52,211 bases of DNA from a virus. Taxonomy: Duplodnaviria > Caudoviricetes. How positions within the stretch are numbered: position 1 is the first letter of the stretch; each line of letters starts with the position of its first letter. Where the stretch lies: the IMG/VR virus record IMGVR_UViG_3300033149_003773, positions 1 through 52,211 of that record. One strand, given 5' to 3'. Below the pieces are notes generated by a model. The model ran no database searches, was not told where the DNA came from, and saw nothing but the letters and a program-made list of their open reading frames with translations. Both the position numbers and the translations under genes were made by a program. Of this stretch, positions 45,914 to 52,211 are shown piece after piece.

Positions 45914-47351
45914 TTACAGTCACCTCCACACGATCATCATAATCTGCTAAAACAAGAACCTCGTCTTCTATTTTAGAATAAATACGGGCATAGCCGTAGT
46001 ACTTTTTCATAGCAATAACAAGATAGTCAACAATGCTTTCTTTTACCTTATCAATATTCAAAAAAGCACCATAATTAGCAACATCATTGACAACATTTCC
46101 AGTCGTAACTGCAATCTTAATACCATGTGCTGAATCATCTGCTCCATGAACACTACGCAACGCAACAAACTTTTCCTCAATCCATTCTCGCAAGTCACTT
46201 AAAATACCATAGAACCATATATCGCTATCAGGAACGGATATCTTGATTTCGTTATTGGAAACTTGCTCAACAGTAACCACTTTCAACTCAGTACCAAAAT
46301 CATGCGTATTATCTTGTGTAATAATAAGCTCACACGCAAATTTGTCATCAATATCTTCTGTAATCTTTAACTCAACGGGGCTATCACTAACGTGATACTC
46401 TCCCAATACAACTTTAATTCCTTGGCTGTCAGCATCTTGTTCCATACCAACTTTACGAAGTGAAACATATTTTTCCAACAATTTTTCCCCTTCGGTTATC
46501 ACAATACCATTTCTTTGGGGATAATTGAGCTTAGGAAAACCAGATGTGATCAATTCAAGTATATCTGTATACTCAACATAACCTGCAATGACCACAGGTT
46601 CTGGTGCAGAACGGAATACGATGAAATCTTCTATCGTTATACCCGTTCCTGAAATACGCATGATTGTATCATCAATACTCGTTGCTTCATCTAACGGTGA
46701 AGTATCACTTACACTGTAAACCTGTTCTGATTCTTCGTAGAATGTTAATACAAGTTTTGAAACACTAAAGCCAAAGTCTATTTCACGCATGCCGTTAGCA
46801 AGTGTTGTAACTGTGTTTCCGTTTACACTCAAAATGCCATTATTTATATCAACAATCCATTTGCGTAATTGATTCACAGGGTCTATCAACTCAAATGTGG
46901 CATTATAGGTATCTTCCGTAATGATAAGTTTAACCTTCAATGGTAATTCTCCAGCATAATCCAAAGCAACCGTTGCACCGTTTAGATGAAAACCTGTTTG
47001 ATTAATAAAATAGTCTCCAGAGATACCTGTAATATAATATGGCATTCTACCACGGTCATATAACAAAAACAATGGGTCATCAAAAACCATTCTGTTTATT
47101 AATATGCGTTCAACGTATATCGGTAAGACCATTCTATCCTCAAGATAAGGTAAGCGTATAAATACTCTATCAACGTTGCGAACCTCATCGTACATGAAAT
47201 ATAACGGCAACATATTGCCCCATAACCAAGCAATATAATGTTCATTGGTTTCATGTTCAAACCGCAGTTCTATGACCTTATCATATGGCTCCTCCGCATA
47301 CAAATCAACATACACGAGAAGACCATCATTCGCAACGCTTCTAACCTTCAT
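45903..47351 (-). CDS. tail-associated beta-rich protein
   Basis: 482 aa; internal duplication EKYVSLRKV...DSQGIKV / EKFVALRSV...SAHGIKI. Confidence 0.6.
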   Translation of the reverse strand: MKVRSVANDGLLVYVDLYAEEPYDKVIELRFEHETNEHYIAWLWGNMLPLYFMYDEVRNVDRVFIRLPYLEDRMVLPIYVERILINRMVFDDPLFLLYDRGRMPYYITGISGDYFINQTGFHLNGATVALDYAGELPLKVKLIITEDTYNATFELIDPVNQLRKWIVDINNGILSVNGNTVTTLANGMREIDFGFSVSKLVLTFYEESEQVYSVSDTSPLDEATSIDDTIMRISGTGITIEDFIVFRSAPEPVVIAGYVEYTDILELITSGFPKLNYPQRNGIVITEGEKLLEKYVSLRKVGMEQDADSQGIKVVLGEYHVSDSPVELKITEDIDDKFACELIITQDNTHDFGTELKVVTVEQVSNNEIKISVPDSDIWFYGILSDLREWIEEKFVALRSVHGADDSAHGIKIAVTTGNVVNDVANYGAFLNIDKVKESIVDYLVIAMKKYYGYARIYSKIEDEVLVLADYDDRVEVTVNEE

Positions 47352-47704
47352 GTCAGCCTAACACCAACCATACTTACAGTATAAGTTATTGAAGCATTAG
47401 TGTTATTTACTATACTAACAGCAAGATTTCTAAATTCAAGGCATTTTATCGCAAAATGCTGGGAAGTATTATACAAGTCAAATTTGTAAGTAATGATATT
47501 AAACTTGTCATTCGTATCGTAGTTTGAATCATTACAACCGTATATTTTGAAATAAACGTCTCCGCTTGTTGCGGCAGTGGAAAACGAAAAATCAATACCA
47601 ATAGTAACATATTCAGATACGTCAGCACCATGGAAAGATGAAGTTACCCCATCACTAATCGTGCCAGAACCTATTTCTAAAGGTAAAGTCTTAATAACAG
47701 GCAT
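47348..47704 (-). CDS. small jelly-roll-like virion protein
   Basis: Beta-rich; resembles 51048..51440. Confidence 0.55.
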   Translation of the reverse strand: MPVIKTLPLEIGSGTISDGVTSSFHGADVSEYVTIGIDFSFSTAATSGDVYFKIYGCNDSNYDTNDKFNIITYKFDLYNTSQHFAIKCLEFRNLAVSIVNNTNASITYTVSMVGVRLT

Positions 47705-47716
47705 TCACATCACCCC

Positions 47717-48550
47717 TCAGTTAGTAGGCATAACTATATGACCCAAATACAAAGCAACATTATAATAGTTATAAATCTCTGCATCTGGATTAAGCAACTC
47801 AGCTTTGACCTTTGCTCTAAACATGGTTCCTGCAGAATAACCACAGAACGTGTGGTAGTTGTAATATTCCCAAGTAGAAGGAGAAACTTCTTTTCCGAGA
47901 GTTAACCAAGTAGCGGTAACGTCAGCAGAAGCGTATTCAGTAAAACCAACATAGATACAATCATAATCTATGTCGGGTTCTAAGAATATGTCCTCTTCAA
48001 TGGTTTCTGACATGGTCGGAGCTAAAAATAAACCATCGAATAACCATGTTTCACCAGCAAAAGCAACTATAACATCACCAGTTGTCGGTGTAAAACCAAG
48101 TTCAACCTGTTGCGTGCTGGAATTATACTTCCACTGCTCTCCAGAAGGTGGGTCCGCTTCTTGTAAATATATACCCCAAGGAACAGCGGCATTGAACTTA
48201 CGAACTTCGTCAGGTTGTGCAGATACGCTAAACGATGTCGTAGCATCATCGCCATTAAGACTCCCAACCTGTATCTTAACACTTGCTAAAGCATAAAGGG
48301 CACTATTGGCTTGATATGAATTATCGAGCGTTGTGGTAAATGTAACAGTGGTTTCACCAGAACCACCATCATACGTTACACTTGAAACCTCTAACTTTTC
48401 CCACGTGTCATCGGTGATTAAAACAACACTTCTACCAGATTGCAAATACTGTTCAGAACTAACGTCTCCGTCTATAACACATGTGTTTGTTCCTGAATTT
48501 GCATCATATTTCAAGTAAAACACCTTAGCGGGTCGATATACATTTACCAT
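47717..48550 (-). CDS. tail-associated beta-sandwich protein (QPDEVR paralog family)
   Basis: GDDATTSFSVSAQPDEVRKF...PWG...FTPTTGDVIVAFAGETWLF. Confidence 0.65.
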   Translation of the reverse strand: MVNVYRPAKVFYLKYDANSGTNTCVIDGDVSSEQYLQSGRSVVLITDDTWEKLEVSSVTYDGGSGETTVTFTTTLDNSYQANSALYALASVKIQVGSLNGDDATTSFSVSAQPDEVRKFNAAVPWGIYLQEADPPSGEQWKYNSSTQQVELGFTPTTGDVIVAFAGETWLFDGLFLAPTMSETIEEDIFLEPDIDYDCIYVGFTEYASADVTATWLTLGKEVSPSTWEYYNYHTFCGYSAGTMFRAKVKAELLNPDAEIYNYYNVALYLGHIVMPTN

Positions 48551-50524
48551 TTATATTACCTCCCCTTCGAGATACTCAAGAACTTGTAACTTTTTACCTG
48601 AGTCTGCTTCTACAATATTTATTGTATCATATTCAAAACTATCAGCTAAGAACTTATCAAAAGTAACAAATTCCTTTGCTTTCTTTACATACCACGTTTT
48701 CTGTATATCGAAGTCTACTAACTCTTCAATATAACCAGTAAAATCAACAAAGAGACGTTTTTTTCTATAAACATCATTCATCTCGATAAATGCAGATTGA
48801 TATGCACCTATAATCTGATCCACATAACCTCTTATCAAAAAGCTATTAAAAGCTCCTATTGGCTTATGCGTTACTACAGATATATCACCATTCTGCATAG
48901 TTTTGTTATCTCTTGAAAGCCAATCATATACGATCAAGCTAAACTCGGGGGGGTTATCAATATCACCATCAACTTTTAATGCTAAAAGCATATTGCTACC
49001 AACAATCTTTGCTGGAAGAACACCATTCTTTACATATAAACCAGGATAACGTATCATAGGAAAGGTTTTAGCTTCCTTTGATAATGCTTGCAACAAATAA
49101 ATGTCATTTTCATTCGCAGCTATCATTATTTCTGGACCCGTAAAATATTTTGCACGTTCAAATGTAGCAACGGTTTCCATTCCAAATATACCTTTTCGTA
49201 TCTTAAATAACCCGTCTGTGGTATCAAGACCAAAGATATACATATCTCTACCACGTCTCATTACCTTGGCAGAATAATTCAATACCTTGCTTTCTAAATC
49301 ACCAATAAATATGGGAACATCATTCAAAATATTTATAGCATAATCATAATAAACCTCTACAAAAGTTATTAATCCTGCATACATGTCATAAATTGAATAC
49401 ATCCACATGGGAGGACCCAAACGCCAGAATATTTCGATAGCACCACCTAAATCTCCCACAACAAACTGGTCTTTCTGCTGTGCATATTCAGAAAACATAA
49501 AGATTTCCTTCAACATTGGGTCCTGCACTATCTGATAGGCTGGTAATGCCGCATCTAAAACACTATCAAGACGCTTGCTATCAATTTTGAATGCAATTAT
49601 ACCACTATCCCAACCAACAAAGGTTTTAGATACAATACCAACATAAGTAGGTGTTATGAACCACCTGTTATGAAATCCACGAGAAAAAAATCCAAAGTAT
49701 CCGAGTAAACTTTTATCGCCTCGCAATGCCTTACTTGCATCAATAACTTGGTTTTCCAAATCGAATGCAGTTCCATCCAATATGGCTTTAGGTAACACAG
49801 CAATTGGTTCAAAAATAAACACTTGATCAAATTTCTCGCCGAGAATATAATCATACTTAACAGTGTAAGGAGTTGTTGGCAGAGGCATATCTGTCGTAGT
49901 TCTCTCATAGTTAAAAGCCCATTCCGCAGAAAAGTCACGATATATCTCAGCTTGTTCTCCAGTATCAGCAAAGAAGTTGTAGGAATATATACCCGCTGGT
50001 ATTTTTGATGCTGGTCTGTACTCAGGGTGAATATCAACAATTGTTCCGCCAGGAACTGAAATATTGATCAACTGTATTCCACGAGGAGATGTATCAGGAA
50101 ATGACATAATATACCGTTTTTCTGTGAGTATAGCTTGATTCATAACACCAAAATATAGTCTGAAATATTTCCAATGCTTCATATGTTCCATTATCCAGTC
50201 ACACATCAACTTCGCAAGATCACGAAACATGAATGAGCCTACGACTTTACCTGTCGCATCTATGATAACAATGCCATCATAATAAAATTCAAACTCAGGA
50301 GAAGAAGGTTCAAGGTATCTAATGTGTAAGGCGATCAAGTTGTTAGAGTAATTAACAACATTATATCGGCTATTAGCAACTATATAGCCTTCATCTACTT
50401 CAAATATTTTTGCTTTGCTATTTTTAGTAACATACCAAACTTGCTTCCCGTAGTGAGTGTCTTCCTTACCAACTATAAAAAAACCATATGCCGCTCTACC
50501 AGAAGATTGCGGCAAGGCAATCAA
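48551..50524 (-). CDS. large tail-associated protein
   Basis: 657 aa, aromatic-rich, in the late operon. Confidence 0.6.
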   Translation of the reverse strand: MIALPQSSGRAAYGFFIVGKEDTHYGKQVWYVTKNSKAKIFEVDEGYIVANSRYNVVNYSNNLIALHIRYLEPSSPEFEFYYDGIVIIDATGKVVGSFMFRDLAKLMCDWIMEHMKHWKYFRLYFGVMNQAILTEKRYIMSFPDTSPRGIQLINISVPGGTIVDIHPEYRPASKIPAGIYSYNFFADTGEQAEIYRDFSAEWAFNYERTTTDMPLPTTPYTVKYDYILGEKFDQVFIFEPIAVLPKAILDGTAFDLENQVIDASKALRGDKSLLGYFGFFSRGFHNRWFITPTYVGIVSKTFVGWDSGIIAFKIDSKRLDSVLDAALPAYQIVQDPMLKEIFMFSEYAQQKDQFVVGDLGGAIEIFWRLGPPMWMYSIYDMYAGLITFVEVYYDYAINILNDVPIFIGDLESKVLNYSAKVMRRGRDMYIFGLDTTDGLFKIRKGIFGMETVATFERAKYFTGPEIMIAANENDIYLLQALSKEAKTFPMIRYPGLYVKNGVLPAKIVGSNMLLALKVDGDIDNPPEFSLIVYDWLSRDNKTMQNGDISVVTHKPIGAFNSFLIRGYVDQIIGAYQSAFIEMNDVYRKKRLFVDFTGYIEELVDFDIQKTWYVKKAKEFVTFDKFLADSFEYDTINIVEADSGKKLQVLEYLEGEVI

Positions 50525-50745
50525 AAAGGGTTATCAGTCTCCCCTGTCGCTGTCTTAAAATGAAAACGCCTTGAACCTATTCTATCACCAGCAGAAGGCA
50601 TCACTTTCATTTTTCCTAAAGGTGTATCAATTGTGGTAAACCCTTTATTGGTTTGTACAACTCTTCCTTGAAAAGTATTAAGCAATGTTGCATCGTTTTC
50701 GAGATTATATTTTTTCTTAGATAACGAATCGAAAAACATCCACAC
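50521..50745 (-). CDS. small OB-fold-like tail protein
   Basis: FQGRVVQTNKGFTTIDTPLGKMKV. Confidence 0.45.
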   Translation of the reverse strand: MWMFFDSLSKKKYNLENDATLLNTFQGRVVQTNKGFTTIDTPLGKMKVMPSAGDRIGSRRFHFKTATGETDNPF

Positions 50746-50751
50746 ACCCCC

Positions 50752-51051
50752 TCATATAAACTTACTAACTAAAAAGTAATCACGCCTCGTATACGTATTC
50801 CCGTTTGCGATGCACGAAAACTCTACGATATACTTTCCTTCAGATAAGCTAAGAGCAGTAGTATCTATTGTAACTTTATAGACTCCATCACTTTCCCGTA
50901 GCAATTCAAGATTTGCAATGAAATTCATATCAGCATCATACAGCTTCGCTTCAGCACTGGCTGCACTCAATGGAGAGTTTTGTGCATCTAAAACATAATA
51001 CCCAAGCGTTCTCGTACTACCAGAAAACACTTCAAAGGTTCTCGCCCTCAT
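50752..51051 (-). CDS. BppU-N-like baseplate/tail protein
   Basis: G.T..L...D....P...A...LYD, DGVYKV.IDT, GKYIVEF. Confidence 0.55.
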   Translation of the reverse strand: MRARTFEVFSGSTRTLGYYVLDAQNSPLSAASAEAKLYDADMNFIANLELLRESDGVYKVTIDTTALSLSEGKYIVEFSCIANGNTYTRRDYFLVSKFI

Positions 51052-51440
51052 TCCAGTTTCGCCTCCGTCATACGTACAGTTAGATAAACGCCAAACTGAT
51101 TATCGTTGACTATCTGAAATCTGACTTTTGAAAAACCAATAGTATCAAACCACACGCTACCGACAGCATGATCACCAGTTATACTTATGGATTTAGTTAT
51201 AACAGGAGTTGTGTCTTGTGTATCAAGATAAGCAATATTGTATATTGATACTTTAAAATTTTGTGTTGGATTCTCTGGTGGACTATCAGCGGGATTCACG
51301 GTAGAATCTATTTGTAAAGAAATACGCATGTCGTGCGTAGTATCCACCACTGATGTCCAAATGCCCTCCGAAGGAACTAAATTTGCATTGTTTATCAGAT
51401 AATCGCTGTAATTAGTATTGCTAAATGCCATAAGAAACAC
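51048..51440 (-). CDS. small jelly-roll-like virion protein
   Basis: Beta-rich; FSKVRFQIVN. Confidence 0.55.
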   Translation of the reverse strand: MFLMAFSNTNYSDYLINNANLVPSEGIWTSVVDTTHDMRISLQIDSTVNPADSPPENPTQNFKVSIYNIAYLDTQDTTPVITKSISITGDHAVGSVWFDTIGFSKVRFQIVNDNQFGVYLTVRMTEAKLE

Positions 51441-51441
51441 C

Positions 51442-52211
51442 TCACTTTCTAAAATAAGCTATGGCTCTGAATAAATTACCGCCAAAATCTTCTACATACC
51501 TCGTGCTTCCATCTGGTGGAACATCAAGTACACCAACATATCCAGAACGCTGTAACAAGTCTAATGATATTTTAGCATATCTTTTTGCAACATCAATTGA
51601 TGGTGCTTCATTGAGTTGTATAAACATTGTTTTATCCTGATTGGGATCAATGTCCTTACCAACAGTACCATCTGAAGATGCAAAATATGGAAATTTCACA
51701 CGATAACCATCAAGTAAAACTCTAAAACGTAAATTTCTAAGTAAACGTTCCCTCAAATATAATGATATAAATGCTGTGTCAAGGTTGGGTGCATCTGGTA
51801 CAGTGCTAACACCAGCAGTTGGAGATGCGCGCATAACACCATTGACAACTTCAATAGTAGTTTCCTGTACATACCTCGTATACGGCATATAAATTTTTCC
51901 GACAACAAACACTCTAAAACCAAAATAATAGTCAGAAGTTGTTGACTCAGATGTGTTGGGAAAGTTCGGTGTCACTATAACATAAATGCCTTGCTTGTCT
52001 TGTGATAACATATCTAAAATTTCACTTGCTTTAGTAGAAGCCTTATTTGGATCATTTAAGAAGAAAACTCTATCTTCCTTTAGACGTTCCGAAGCAAATG
52101 ATACAGATGGCTCTCCTGTTGACAAATTAATGGTATCAGCACCCTCAGGAGGATCAAAAAACACCTCTCCACCAAATTCACGCATCCTAACCTCGTGAGT
52201 CGTTTCCGATA
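51442..52211 (-). CDS. C-terminal part of junction-spanning tail-associated protein
   Basis: In frame with 1..985 through the 114-bp overlap. Confidence 0.8.
   Translation of the reverse strand, partial: SETTHEVRMREFGGEVFFDPPEGADTINLSTGEPSVSFASERLKEDRVFFLNDPNKASTKASEILDMLSQDKQGIYVIVTPNFPNTSESTTSDYYFGFRVFVVGKIYMPYTRYVQETTIEVVNGVMRASPTAGVSTVPDAPNLDTAFISLYLRERLLRNLRFRVLLDGYRVKFPYFASSDGTVGKDIDPNQDKTMFIQLNEAPSIDVAKRYAKISLDLLQRSGYVGVLDVPPDGSTRYVEDFGGNLFRAIAYFRK
52098..52211. repeat. terminal direct repeat, copy 2
   Basis: Identical to 1-114. Confidence 0.97.

Overview
The window is an apparently complete, circularly permuted tailed dsDNA phage genome of about 52.1 kb. Bases 1-114 repeat exactly at 52098-52211, and one tail gene runs across that junction. 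A minus-strand late arm (33.2-52.2 kb, then 1-13.2 kb) encodes terminases, a Mu-like portal/protease/neck set, a lambda-E-type capsid, a tape measure with a frameshifted chaperone, many beta-rich tail proteins, lysis genes and an orphan C5 methyltransferase. A plus-strand early/middle arm (13.9-33.1 kb) carries cassette-like small paralogous genes and a Sak4/SSB/primase-helicase/resolvase/Cas4-like replication module. I found no integrase. A full-length tmRNA (21105-21457, tag ANKEPVAA) resembles Thermotoga tmRNA and points to a Thermotogota host. The standout system is at 23263-24200: a nuclease-less Nop/IS110-Tnp-fold protein followed directly by 12 TG..CC repeats with 9-nt spacers, i.e. a TIGR-TasA-like RNA-guided system. 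Other unexplained signals are strand-specific (TTGAGAAT)n leader arrays, conserved hairpin cassette junctions, a shared 28-bp upstream motif, a 7-nt-periodic palindromic intergenic region, and a possible +1 frameshift fusing a holin-like protein to a beta-barrel-like domain. All product calls come from motif recognition by eye, not database searches.
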